A stretch of 51,479 bases of DNA from Candidatus Omnitrophota bacterium (GCA_018824725.1 JAHJGB010000062.1:1-51479), one strand, 5' to 3'; positions 16,762-25,655 are shown, counted from the stretch's first letter. The notes: generated by a model from the letters alone, not told the origin. Made by a program: numbers and translations.

Positions 16762-17811
16762 CTATTTTCCCAATTTCTCCCTGATAATCTCCGCCCTCTT
16801 GACATCCCTCTGATTCGGGCTGAGTTTTTTCTTTTCCAATTTCTGCAAATGAGCCGGCTGGGTTATCACAAAAAGTTCGTTTATAAGGGCCCTGTCCGCC
16901 TGCTTGATGACTCCTAAATCAACGCCGAGCCTGGCCAACGAAAGAAGGTCTATGGTCTCTGTGCTGGTTATTATATGCGCGCTTTTCAGCGTGCCGTATG
17001 CCCGCCAAATCCTGTCTTCAAGGGCTTCTCTATTCTGCGCAAGCAGCGTTTCTCTGGCGCTCTGCTCGTGATCCACTATCTGTTTTATAATCCTGTCTAT
17101 ATTGTCAATTATATCCTCTTCTTTGTGGCCCAGGGACACCTGATTGGATATCTGAAAAAAATTACCGCTTGCATCTGTGCCTTCTCCGTACAGGCCGCGC
17201 GCGGTCAGGCTAAGTTTTGTAATTGCCTGCAGCACCTTTCCGATCTGTTTTGTCATTACAAGCGACGGCAGATGCAGCATTACAGAAGCCCTCATGCCTG
17301 TGCCTGTGTTTGTCGGGCAGGCTGTCAGATAACCAAAATCCACAGAATACGCAAAGTCCAGAGAATTGCCGAGTTCATTGTCTAAATCATTCAATATCTG
17401 CCATGCCTCTTTTAAATTAAAGCCTGATTTCATGACCTGCATGCGCAGATGGTCTTCTTCGTTTATCATTATGCTGATAACCTCATCCTGGCCGACGCAT
17501 AACCCTTTATTTTCCGAATCCACCATGTGTTCTTTGCTCATAAGATGCCTCTCCACCAGAAATTGCTTGTCTATTGCGTCCAATTTTCCTATTTCAAGGA
17601 ACAATGAATCTTTCAATTTCTTAATAGAAAGGATGCTCTGCCTGGAGGTTTCCAGCACAGTCTCCTGCTCTTTCTTGCTGGCCCAATGCGAAAAAGGATA
17701 ATCAGTAAGGTTTCTCGCAAGTCTCACGCGCGAAGACATCACTATATCGCAGGCCGGGCCTGTGCACCTGATCCACTCGCCTGTATTATTTAAGAGATCA
17801 TCTAAAGTCAT
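16762..17811 (-). CDS. mcsB: Protein arginine kinase McsB
   Basis: 349 aa. ATP:guanido phosphotransferase fold with NEEDHLR and CPTNTGTGMRAS motifs. Confidence 0.9.
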   Translation of the reverse strand: MTLDDLLNNTGEWIRCTGPACDIVMSSRVRLARNLTDYPFSHWASKKEQETVLETSRQSILSIKKLKDSLFLEIGKLDAIDKQFLVERHLMSKEHMVDSENKGLCVGQDEVISIMINEEDHLRMQVMKSGFNLKEAWQILNDLDNELGNSLDFAYSVDFGYLTACPTNTGTGMRASVMLHLPSLVMTKQIGKVLQAITKLSLTARGLYGEGTDASGNFFQISNQVSLGHKEEDIIDNIDRIIKQIVDHEQSARETLLAQNREALEDRIWRAYGTLKSAHIITSTETIDLLSLARLGVDLGVIKQADRALINELFVITQPAHLQKLEKKKLSPNQRDVKRAEIIREKLGK

Positions 17812-17822
17812 AGCCTCTCCTA

Positions 17823-18326
17823 TTATTTATTATTCTTCTTCTCCGTTTCCCTTATCTTATCGCGCAGCTTTGCAGCTTCTTCAAAATCCTCTTTCTGTAT
17901 GGCTTTCTGAAGCTTTTCTTTCAGGGTCTCCAGATCATTCTTCGCCTTTACGACCTTGGCTATCTTCTTGGGAGATTTGCCGTAATGCTGCGTTGAACCG
18001 TGTATTCTTTTTAAAAGAGGGACCAGTGCTTCTTTAAATGCATTATAGCATTCGCCGCAGCCAAGCCTTCCGACCTTCTTAAAATCTTCATAGGTAAGGC
18101 CGCACTTGGAGCATTTAAGCTTTACTGCCTCTGTCTTGGTCTTGGAAAACTGTGTACCCAGGTCAGCCAGGCCTGCCAGAAGGTCAGACAATCCGAAATG
18201 GCTTTCCATCTGTGCGCCTTTTTTCTGAGCGCATTCCTCGCACAGATGCAGCTCTGTTATCTGGTCGTCTATTATCTCTGTCAAATGCACAGTTGCCTGA
18301 TTTTTAGCGCATATATTACACAACAT
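17823..18326 (-). CDS. mcsA: McsA-like activator (zinc fingers plus UVR motif)
   Basis: 167 aa. CNICAK...CEEC and CSKC...CGEC zinc fingers. C-terminal UVR motif EDFEEAAKLRDKI. Directly upstream of mcsB. Confidence 0.85.
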   Translation of the reverse strand: MLCNICAKNQATVHLTEIIDDQITELHLCEECAQKKGAQMESHFGLSDLLAGLADLGTQFSKTKTEAVKLKCSKCGLTYEDFKKVGRLGCGECYNAFKEALVPLLKRIHGSTQHYGKSPKKIAKVVKAKNDLETLKEKLQKAIQKEDFEEAAKLRDKIRETEKKNNK

Positions 18327-18343
18327 AAAACCCCCTTATCTAA

Positions 18344-18457
18344 TTCAAAAGTAAAAACGAAAAAGTCAAAACTACAATTAAAAATTCAAAACCTCAGTTT
18401 TTTTAAATTTTAACTTTTGAGTTCTGGTTTTGCCTTTTTACTTCTAACTTTTTACTT
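18344..18457. repeat. Family B A-tract/T-tract inverted repeat
   Basis: TTCAAAAGTAAAAACGAAAAAGTCAAAACTACAATTAAAAATTCAAAAC ... TTTTAACTTTTGAGTTCTGGTTTTGCCTTTTTAC. Lies between ilvE and mcsA. Confidence 0.85.
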
Positions 18458-18460
18458 AAA

Positions 18461-19333
18461 TCAATATTTCACGCCGTCTGTCTTGGTAACTTTCCTGAAT
18501 TCCTTCATCAGGCTTAACGTAATCTTTCCGGGCTTGCCGTCTCCGATGATTCTTTTATCCACGCCCACAACAGGGATAATCTCAGCTGCAGTGCCTGTCA
18601 AGAAACACTCGTCTGCCGTATATATATTATGCCTGGTAATAACCTCTTCTTTGACCGTCATGCCGGATTTTTTCGCAATATCCATGACGCACGCCCTTGT
18701 GATGCCCTTAAGTATGCCCAGAAAAGCCGGAGGCGTGATAAGATTATTGTCTTTTATAATAAAAATATTATCTCCCGTGCATTCCGCCACATATCCGTGG
18801 GCAGTAAACATCAACGCCTCTTCATATCCTGAATTCAAGGCCTCTATCTTGGCCAGTATATTATTGAGATAGTTCAGAGATTTAATCTGAGGGTTTAATG
18901 CCTCTGGGATATTTCTGGGAGTAGGCACTGTAATAATGCTCAAGCCTTCCTTGTACATCTTTTCCGGATAAAGTTTGATATTATCTGTAATGACAATAAC
19001 AGACGCGTGCTTGCATTTTCTGGGGTCCAGCCCAAGATCGCCCATACCTCTTGTAACCACAAGCCTGATGTATGCATTGTCCAATTCATTCAATTTAAGC
19101 GTGGCCACGACTGCCTTTATCATTTCTTCTTTGGAAAGCGGAATCGTAAGCATGATACCCTGGCTTGATTCATAAAGCCTGTCTATGTGCTCTTTCAGTT
19201 TAAACACGAGCCTGCTGTACGATCGGATGCCTTCAAAAACGCCGTCCCCGTACAAAAGCCCGTGGTCAAAAACAGAAACCTTTGCCTGATCCTTTTCAAA
19301 ATATTCGCCGTTGATATAAACCTTTAATCCCAT
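18461..19333 (-). CDS. ilvE: Class IV aminotransferase (branched-chain amino acid aminotransferase type)
   Basis: 290 aa. FEGIRSY motif and fold-type IV PLP pattern. Its specificity (BCAT versus D-amino-acid transaminase) cannot be decided by eye. Confidence 0.8.
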   Translation of the reverse strand: MGLKVYINGEYFEKDQAKVSVFDHGLLYGDGVFEGIRSYSRLVFKLKEHIDRLYESSQGIMLTIPLSKEEMIKAVVATLKLNELDNAYIRLVVTRGMGDLGLDPRKCKHASVIVITDNIKLYPEKMYKEGLSIITVPTPRNIPEALNPQIKSLNYLNNILAKIEALNSGYEEALMFTAHGYVAECTGDNIFIIKDNNLITPPAFLGILKGITRACVMDIAKKSGMTVKEEVITRHNIYTADECFLTGTAAEIIPVVGVDKRIIGDGKPGKITLSLMKEFRKVTKTDGVKY

Positions 19334-20004
19334 AAAATCCTCCCGTCTTTCATTTCTATTATTTTATGCGCCTTTCGGGCAATCTCCTTATCGTGAGTGA
19401 CAATCACGATCGCAGTTTTATGCTTTTTATTCAGACTGAACAATATGTTCAATATCTCCTCTCCCATTTCAGAATCCAGGTTGCCTGTGGGCTCGTCGCA
19501 CAATAGCACCTTTGGATTATTTACCAATGCCCTTGCTATCGCAACTCTCTGCTGTTCTCCTCCTGAGAGTTCGCCGGGCCTATGATGCATCCTTTTCCCA
19601 AGCCCCACATCTTCTAATAAAATTTCAGCTCTGTTTTTTAACCCCTGCTTTTTGTCTTTTGTTTCCTGCCTTTTTATCAACGCCGGAAGCATTACGTTTT
19701 CCAATGCCGTAAACTCCGGTAATAAATAATAAAATTGGAACACGAATCCTATCTTTTGATTTCTGAATCTCGCCCTTTTGGCGTCATCCAGGCTGTAAAA
19801 ATCAGAATTGTCCAGAAATACCTTGCCCGAGCTTGGCTTGTCTATGCCTCCCAATATATGTAAAAGCGTTGACTTGCCTGCTCCCGAAGGGCCCACAATA
19901 GCGATTATCTCGTCTTTTCTTAATTCTAAGCTGACTCCCCTTAAGACATGCAGTTCTCTTTTGCCGTCTTTATATGTCTTATGAATATTGTCCGCTCGTA
20001 GCAT
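19324..20004 (-). CDS. lolD: Lipoprotein-releasing system ATP-binding protein (LolD-like)
   Basis: Walker A GPSGAGKST, signature LSGGEQQR, Walker B LLCDEPT. Start taken at MLRADNIHK (ATG 20004), 8 nt after the family E hairpin. Confidence 0.8.
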   Translation of the reverse strand: MLRADNIHKTYKDGKRELHVLRGVSLELRKDEIIAIVGPSGAGKSTLLHILGGIDKPSSGKVFLDNSDFYSLDDAKRARFRNQKIGFVFQFYYLLPEFTALENVMLPALIKRQETKDKKQGLKNRAEILLEDVGLGKRMHHRPGELSGGEQQRVAIARALVNNPKVLLCDEPTGNLDSEMGEEILNILFSLNKKHKTAIVIVTHDKEIARKAHKIIEMKDGRILWD

Positions 20005-20012
20005 GTCGTTAC

Positions 20013-20120
20013 GGCACACTAAAGTGTGCCCTACAATTCTGTCGCAAAGGCCTTCATGAGCACCTTATCGTAAGGGAGGTTTAAACCTCCCTTACGATAA
20101 GGTATTCTCGGCCTTTGCCT
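20013..20120 (-). repeat. Family E stop-to-start intergenic cassette
   Basis: GGCACAC-TAAA-GTGTGCC + CTACAATTCTGTCGCAAAGGCCTTCAT + an 18-bp-stem variable hairpin + ATTCTCGGCCTTTGCC. It fills the lolE-lolD gap exactly. Confidence 0.85.
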
Positions 20121-21302
20121 TTATTCATATCTGAGCGCTTCCACCGGCTCCATTTTTGCTGCCTGCCAGGACGGGTAAAGCGTTGATAATAAACTTATGA
20201 GCATCGCCGCAGCTATAACTGTTATTGAATCCAACAGCTCCAGGTTAACAGGCAGTCTGTCTATATAATAAATATCCTTGGGCAGTTGTATAAATTGATA
20301 TGTCTTTAATAAATACGAGAGGCCGAAGCCTCCTATGGCTCCCAGAACAGTCCCTGCAAAACCTATCAAAAAACCGTCCAGCATAAATATCTTTCTTATG
20401 CTTCTATTGTCAGCGCCTATTGATTTTAGTATGCCTATGTCTTTTGTCTTTTCCATTACCATCATTATGAGCGTGCTGGCTATATTGAAGCAGGCCACCA
20501 CCACAATAAGCGCGAGTATTATAAACATGGTTATCTTTTCAAGCTTCAGCGCACTGAAAAGGTTTTTGTTCAACTCAGACCAACTTCTGACCCAGTAATC
20601 AAACCCTATTTTTTCCTGAACATTTTTTTTTATGCTGTCTGCCCTGTTCACGTCATCCACCCTCACGCCTATGCCGCCTGCTACATTTCCTGTGGCATAA
20701 AAGGCCTGAGCGCCTTCAAGGTTTGTGAACACAAGGTTCATGTCATATTCAAACATTCCTGAATTAAATATGCCTGCTATCTTAAAGCTTTTCGGCTTGG
20801 GATCTGCCGCAGAAATAAGAGAAATAACATCCCCTATTTTTAAACCCAGTCTTAAAGAGAGCTCTTTTCCGATCAGGACAGTGTCTTTTTTAACTTCTAT
20901 CGTGCCGGATTCCAGATATTTTTGTATATTAGTGACGTTCTTTTCTCTTACCGGGTCTATGCCTCTTAATATCAGGCCCAAGACCTGTTCATCCTGCCTT
21001 ATTAAAGCCTGGCCGTTTATAAAAGGCGAACTTGCTTTTACATGGGGTATCTTATTTATCTCTGCTACAAGGCCGTTATAATCAGTTATCCCGCCTTCTT
21101 TTTCAATTATTATATGCGAATTTGTGCCGACTATCTTTTCGCGGAGGTCATTGTCAAAACCGCTCATAACAGCCAGCACCACAATAAGCGCTGTCACGCC
21201 CAGGGCTACGCCCATTATCGATATAAAGCTTATAATGGAAATAAACTTTTCCTTGCGCCTCGATATCAGATATCTAAAGCTGATCCACAATTCATATGGC
21301 AT
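20121..21302 (-). CDS. Lipoprotein-releasing system permease (LolC/E, FtsX family)
   Basis: 393 aa. TM1, a large periplasmic domain, then three C-terminal TM helices of FtsX type. Adjacent to lolD. Confidence 0.85.
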   Translation of the reverse strand: MPYELWISFRYLISRRKEKFISIISFISIMGVALGVTALIVVLAVMSGFDNDLREKIVGTNSHIIIEKEGGITDYNGLVAEINKIPHVKASSPFINGQALIRQDEQVLGLILRGIDPVREKNVTNIQKYLESGTIEVKKDTVLIGKELSLRLGLKIGDVISLISAADPKPKSFKIAGIFNSGMFEYDMNLVFTNLEGAQAFYATGNVAGGIGVRVDDVNRADSIKKNVQEKIGFDYWVRSWSELNKNLFSALKLEKITMFIILALIVVVACFNIASTLIMMVMEKTKDIGILKSIGADNRSIRKIFMLDGFLIGFAGTVLGAIGGFGLSYLLKTYQFIQLPKDIYYIDRLPVNLELLDSITVIAAAMLISLLSTLYPSWQAAKMEPVEALRYE

Positions 21303-21356
21303 ATTTATGCTTCCGGTTTTAATTGCGTTTTACTATGGGAGCCGGACTCCGATAGT

Positions 21357-22799
21357 CTATGCTTCTGGTTTAAGCTGCGGGAATAAAATCACATCCCGTA
21401 TAGAAGGCTGATTTGCAAAAAGCATTACCATCCTGTCAATACCTATGCCGAGTCCGCCTGCCGGCGGCATCCCGTATTCCAGCGCTCTCACAAAATCCTC
21501 GTCTATTTTCTTCACGCCTTCCTGGCCAACCAGCTGCTCTTCAAATCTTTTTTTCTGCTCTATGGGATCGTTCAATTCTGAATACGCATTTGCAATTTCC
21601 ATCCCGCCCATGAAAAGCTCAAACCTGTCTGTCAAAAGCGGGCTGTCTTTTTTCCTTTTCGCAAGAGGGCACAGCTCAGCAAATAAATCCATCACAAAAA
21701 TAGGCCTGCCCCCTGTTTCTGGCTCGAGCATCTCTGTAATAATATTTGCTATCTGGGAACGCGTGATATCCTTGGCCTTAAAATCTATGCCCTTGGCCTT
21801 AAGCTTTTTTATCCAGACCTCGGAAGAATCGTCAGGATTTATATCAAATTTTCTTTTTATTTCTTCGGCGAATGACCATCTCGGCCACGGAGGAGTCAGA
21901 TCAATAAGTTTTTCCCCAAATTTTAACTTATCAGTTCCCAGGACCTCAGCTGCCACATAATTAAAAATCTCTTCTGTAAGCTGCATCATGCCGCTGCAAT
22001 CAGAGTAAGCCTGGTATATCTCTATCATGGTAAATTCAGGATTATGCCTTATTGAAATGCCTTCGTTCCTGAAATTTCTATTGAGCTCGTAAACCTTGTC
22101 AAACCCACCTACCAAAAGTCTCTTTAAATACAATTCAGGCGCCAGGCGCAGATACAGATCAATATCAAGGGCATTGTGATGCGTCTTAAAAGGATCTCCT
22201 GCTGCCCCGCCCGCCATTGACTGCATCATGGGCGTTTCAACTTCCAGGAACCCTTTTTTATCCAGCATCTCCCGTATCTTTGAAATAATGCGGCTGCGGA
22301 CCTGAAAAACCTTGCGAACCTCTTCGTTTACTATCAAATCCACATATCTCTGGCGGTATCTTGTATCCACATCTTTCAAACCGTGCCATTTTTCAGGCAA
22401 AGGCCTGAGGCCCTTAGCGAGAATAGTGATTTCTTCCGCATTTATTGTAATCTGTCCCGTATGGGTCTTGAAAAACTTGCCTTTAACCCCCAATATATCT
22501 CCTATATCTAATCTTCTAAATATATTACTATACATATCTTTGCCGATGGTATCTGCCTTGATATATACCTGAATCCTCTCACTTGAATCTCTCAGGTCTA
22601 TAAAACTGGATTTGCCGTGTTCCCTTAAAGCAGTGATACGGCCTGCTGTCTGCACAGAATCGCCTTCTTTGGCATCTTTAAGCATTGCTTCTATGCTAAG
22701 AGGCTTGTCAAACCTTCTGCCATACACCTCAGTGCCTATCTCTTTGAGGGCATTTAACTTATCAATTCTCTGTTGAATATATTCATTCATTTCTTCCAT
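21357..22799 (-). CDS. lysS: Lysine--tRNA ligase (class II)
   Basis: 480 aa. N-terminal OB fold and class II motifs (FRNEGISIRHNPEF; GGLGIGIDRMVM). Confidence 0.95.
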   Translation of the reverse strand: MEEMNEYIQQRIDKLNALKEIGTEVYGRRFDKPLSIEAMLKDAKEGDSVQTAGRITALREHGKSSFIDLRDSSERIQVYIKADTIGKDMYSNIFRRLDIGDILGVKGKFFKTHTGQITINAEEITILAKGLRPLPEKWHGLKDVDTRYRQRYVDLIVNEEVRKVFQVRSRIISKIREMLDKKGFLEVETPMMQSMAGGAAGDPFKTHHNALDIDLYLRLAPELYLKRLLVGGFDKVYELNRNFRNEGISIRHNPEFTMIEIYQAYSDCSGMMQLTEEIFNYVAAEVLGTDKLKFGEKLIDLTPPWPRWSFAEEIKRKFDINPDDSSEVWIKKLKAKGIDFKAKDITRSQIANIITEMLEPETGGRPIFVMDLFAELCPLAKRKKDSPLLTDRFELFMGGMEIANAYSELNDPIEQKKRFEEQLVGQEGVKKIDEDFVRALEYGMPPAGGLGIGIDRMVMLFANQPSIRDVILFPQLKPEA

Positions 22800-22865
22800 A
22801 GGGATCCTTCGTCGCTTTACTCCTCAGGATGAGCAGTTAATACTATAAAAATGCCTGACTGCTCA

Positions 22866-22895
22866 ATTATATATTATATGCTATATAGGTGTCAA
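22866..22895 (-). promoter_or_regulatory. Sigma70-like promoter upstream of lysS
   Basis: On the minus strand: TTGACA (22895..22890), 18 nt spacer, TATAAT (22871..22866). About 65-nt leader with SD GAAGGA before the ATG. Confidence 0.5.
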
Positions 22896-22931
22896 TATAA
22901 ATAGGCTACGCTTGGGTAAGATTTTACATAA

Positions 22932-23356
22932 TTACCAGCCCTGGCTAGCCTACGAAAAGACGCTCGTCCGCCCCAGCGAGGCGGACTTCGCTCCGCGGCT
23001 GATTCTCGCCCTTCGCGGAGTTTACCCTTCGCGGAGTTTACCCTGAGCCCTTCGCTGCGCTCAGGGTAAACTCCGCGAAGGGCTCCTCAGGACCAGGTCG
23101 AGACTTGACGAAACGTCTGGGCTCACCCCGTTTCTGGGCTGGGGTCTGAGGCGCATTAGAAAAATTTCGGCAAGAGTCCGCAAGGAATTACGGCGAAGTT
23201 TTTATACCGTCAAGACCACCTTCGGTATAAAAAATGAGCCGTAAGCCGTAGCGAACGGCGAAATTATTTCAGCGCCGAACGGCCCCAGCCCAGAGGCAGG
23301 GCACCGTGCCCGCTCGAAAAAGCGATGTTTTTCTTTAGGCTAGCTAGGGCTGGTAA
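22932..23356 (+). repeat. Family D large nested hairpin element (full copy with core 23138..23289)
   Basis: Outer stem TTACCAGCCCTGGCTAGCCTA.GAAAAG / TTTTC.TTAGGCTAGCTAGGGCTGGTAA. Conserved blocks are shared with 32582..32905. A perfect 24-bp-stem hairpin is nested at 23025..23082. Confidence 0.85.
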
Positions 23357-23370
23357 GTATTAATTATGAC

Positions 23371-24762
23371 TTATTTGGCATTTACTACTGCAGTCTTATA
23401 ACCGGTAACAAAAAGAAGGGAATTTTTTTCTGATACGCTGTCGTATATTCCGCCTCTTGAATCTATGAAACAGGAATAACCTGTATTGGCGCACCTGACA
23501 ACAGGAACCCTGTTTTCAATAGCCCTGAAAACTGAATTCGCTGCGTGCTGGTAAGCTGCCCCGCTTTTGCCATACCACGCGTCATTTGTAATAACAATCA
23601 GGAATTTAGCGCCGTTTTTAACAAACTTTCTGGAAATTTCCGGAAAAATGTCTTCAAAACAAATCAAGACAGAGAATTTAACAGTTTGACTGAAGGCTGA
23701 AGGCTGAAGGCTGAAGGCTTTAAAGTCTTTTCCAGGTGTAAATTCTCCGAGTTCTCCAAGGATTAATTTATGAAATGCCGGAAATTTATTCGAAAACGGA
23801 ACATATTCTCCGAATGGGACAAGATGGATTTTGTCATATTTATTTGTCATGCTGCCTTCCGGAGAAATAAGCGCAGCGCTATTAAAATATTTTTCATCTT
23901 TTTCCGTATTCACTCCTATTAAGATGGGAATCTTTGTTTCTTTTACCAGGGTTAAAATTTTCTCTGTCATATCTTCGTCTATTTCAAAGAATCCCGGAAA
24001 AGATGTCTCAGGCCAGACTATTAGATCAGCGCTCTCCAAGGCCGCCATCTTTGTAAGCGCAATATATTTTTCAATTATCATATCCTGAGCCTTTGGATCC
24101 CACTTAAGCTCCTGGGGGATATTTCCCTGGATAACTGAAACTCTTACACCGTTCCCATAACCTCTCTCATTTACCCTCATTATCCCATATCCAAACACAG
24201 CTATTAAAACCAGCGCTGTTATTATTACCTCCCTGAAAGATTTTTTAAATGTCCTGTAAATAGCGACATTTACCATCATTACCGTAAAAGACACGCCGTA
24301 CACGCCTGAAAAATCAGCTATCTGAATCAGGGGCAGATTTTTATACTGCGAATAGCCTAAAGAAAGCCATCCGAAACCCATGATGGGAAGATGAGACTGA
24401 ATATATTCAAGAAACGACCAAATTAAAGGAATAGCTATAAGCCTTAAGCTATAAGCCTTAAGCCGAAAACAGATTAAGCCCAAAACTCCAAAATATAAAG
24501 CAAGATAGAGACAAAGGATTATTAAACCTGCTACTGTCACATGATACAACCAGTATAAAGTCCCTAAATAAAAAATAAATCCACTAATATAAAAAATTAA
24601 AAATGCCTCTTTGGGAGATTTATTCTCAATTGCAAAGAAAAGCAGGATAAAACCGATAAAGGCGAGAAAACTGAGGTTAAAATTCGGAAAAGAAAAGACT
24701 AAAAATAAACTAGCGAAAGAAATTAAAATAATATTTCTTATCATTTGGTAGTATTTTACCAT
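23371..24762 (-). CDS. lnt: Apolipoprotein N-acyltransferase
   Basis: 463 aa. Polytopic N-terminal half plus a CN-hydrolase domain (WPETSFP ... VLICFEDIFPE). Two short tandem repeats lie in the coding sequence. Confidence 0.9.
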   Translation of the reverse strand: MVKYYQMIRNIILISFASLFLVFSFPNFNLSFLAFIGFILLFFAIENKSPKEAFLIFYISGFIFYLGTLYWLYHVTVAGLIILCLYLALYFGVLGLICFRLKAYSLRLIAIPLIWSFLEYIQSHLPIMGFGWLSLGYSQYKNLPLIQIADFSGVYGVSFTVMMVNVAIYRTFKKSFREVIITALVLIAVFGYGIMRVNERGYGNGVRVSVIQGNIPQELKWDPKAQDMIIEKYIALTKMAALESADLIVWPETSFPGFFEIDEDMTEKILTLVKETKIPILIGVNTEKDEKYFNSAALISPEGSMTNKYDKIHLVPFGEYVPFSNKFPAFHKLILGELGEFTPGKDFKAFSLQPSAFSQTVKFSVLICFEDIFPEISRKFVKNGAKFLIVITNDAWYGKSGAAYQHAANSVFRAIENRVPVVRCANTGYSCFIDSRGGIYDSVSEKNSLLFVTGYKTAVVNAK

Positions 24763-24859
24763 ATAAATGTTTTAAACAAAATTAAATATTTGCCTTAAAC
24801 CCCTATTTGACTAGTATAATATTAACAAGGTATAAAAAACAAAAGAACGTTATTGCACT

Positions 24860-25367
24860 ATGCATATGGCCGGAATTAAACGCCATAGACACTCAGGACT
24901 CCAGAAAAATTTTCATAAATTAGAGAAACTGCCTCATCCGGTTGTTGATGACTTTATCCGTAGAAATTGTAAAAAACTGCTTGATGAAGAGATTGCTAAA
25001 GAATTAATAAAAAGGGGTTTAAAAAAGCTGATCCATGGGTAGTACGATATCGACGAAGAAAATTGGGGATCAAAAAATACCTTTACGGAGAAGTAAAAAA
25101 CCATAAGGTATGGATTCGTACGCAAGCTATAAAAAATATGGAAATAAATGTGAATTGTGCGGATTTAATTTAATTGTTGAAAGTCATCATCTTTTACCTA
25201 AGAATAAGGGCGGTTTACATGAAATTAATAACTTAATGGTGCTTTGTCCTAATTGCCATGCACTTATTACTAGAAAATATCTCGGCTTAAAAAACAGAAA
25301 AGATATACCTAGTCTTCAAAGAAAAATCGTTAAATTATACAAATCTTCCTATTCGTACTTTGGGTAA
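24860..25367 (+). pseudogene. HNH endonuclease gene broken by two -1 frameshifts, both in A6 runs
   Basis: Adding one A at 25021-25026 and one at 25131-25136 joins three frames into ...KRGLKKADPWVVRYRRRKLGIKKYLYGEVKNHKVWIRTQAIKKYGNKCELCGF...SHHLLP...NNLMVLCPNCH. Confidence 0.75.
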
Positions 25368-25606
25368 CAACATTTTTTATATTTCAATGGCTTGCCGGTT
25401 TTAGAATCTACTTTCCCGCATGGGCACGGATCATTGCGTCCGACTTTTGGCTCAGAGCGTTTATACTGTTCAACTGAAGGCCGTTCTTCATCAAGTCTTT
25501 CCTGAAACTCTTCTTTTCTTTGCACCTGGGGCGCTGGGATTTTAGACATAGGGGCTGCCTCTGACTTTACAAATTCCTGCGGCAAAGACTGAAACACGCC
25601 TCTCAT
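25349..25606 (-). CDS. secA: Detached C-terminal tail of SecA (linker plus SEC-C zinc motif)
   Basis: Ends in KVGRNDPCPCG...KYKKCC, the SecA metal-binding tail. It rejoins the secA frame if one copy of the 7-bp duplication at 25660-25673 is removed. Confidence 0.85.
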   Translation of the reverse strand: MRGVFQSLPQEFVKSEAAPMSKIPAPQVQRKEEFQERLDEERPSVEQYKRSEPKVGRNDPCPCGKVDSKTGKPLKYKKCCYPKYE

Positions 25607-25655
25607 GGGACTTTCTTCTCTCGCTGCCTGGACCTTGAATAAAAATTCTATTGTC

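Noticed and set aside
22932-23356. The large structured element as a known housekeeping RNA (RNase P RNA, tmRNA, 6S, SRP RNA) or a group I/II intron.
   Set aside because: It lacks the conserved RNase P P4 sequences (GAGGAAAGUCC / ACAGAA), the tmRNA tRNA-like ends and the SRP GNAR/AGCA motifs. It is present in three copies. No RT or maturase ORF lies nearby.
24807-24836. A TTGACT-18 nt-TATAAA promoter for the HNH gene.
   Set aside because: It is plausible, but the surrounding sequence is so AT-rich that -10-like hexamers occur by chance (TATAAT also occurs 2 nt after the -35). Support was not strong enough to list it as a feature.
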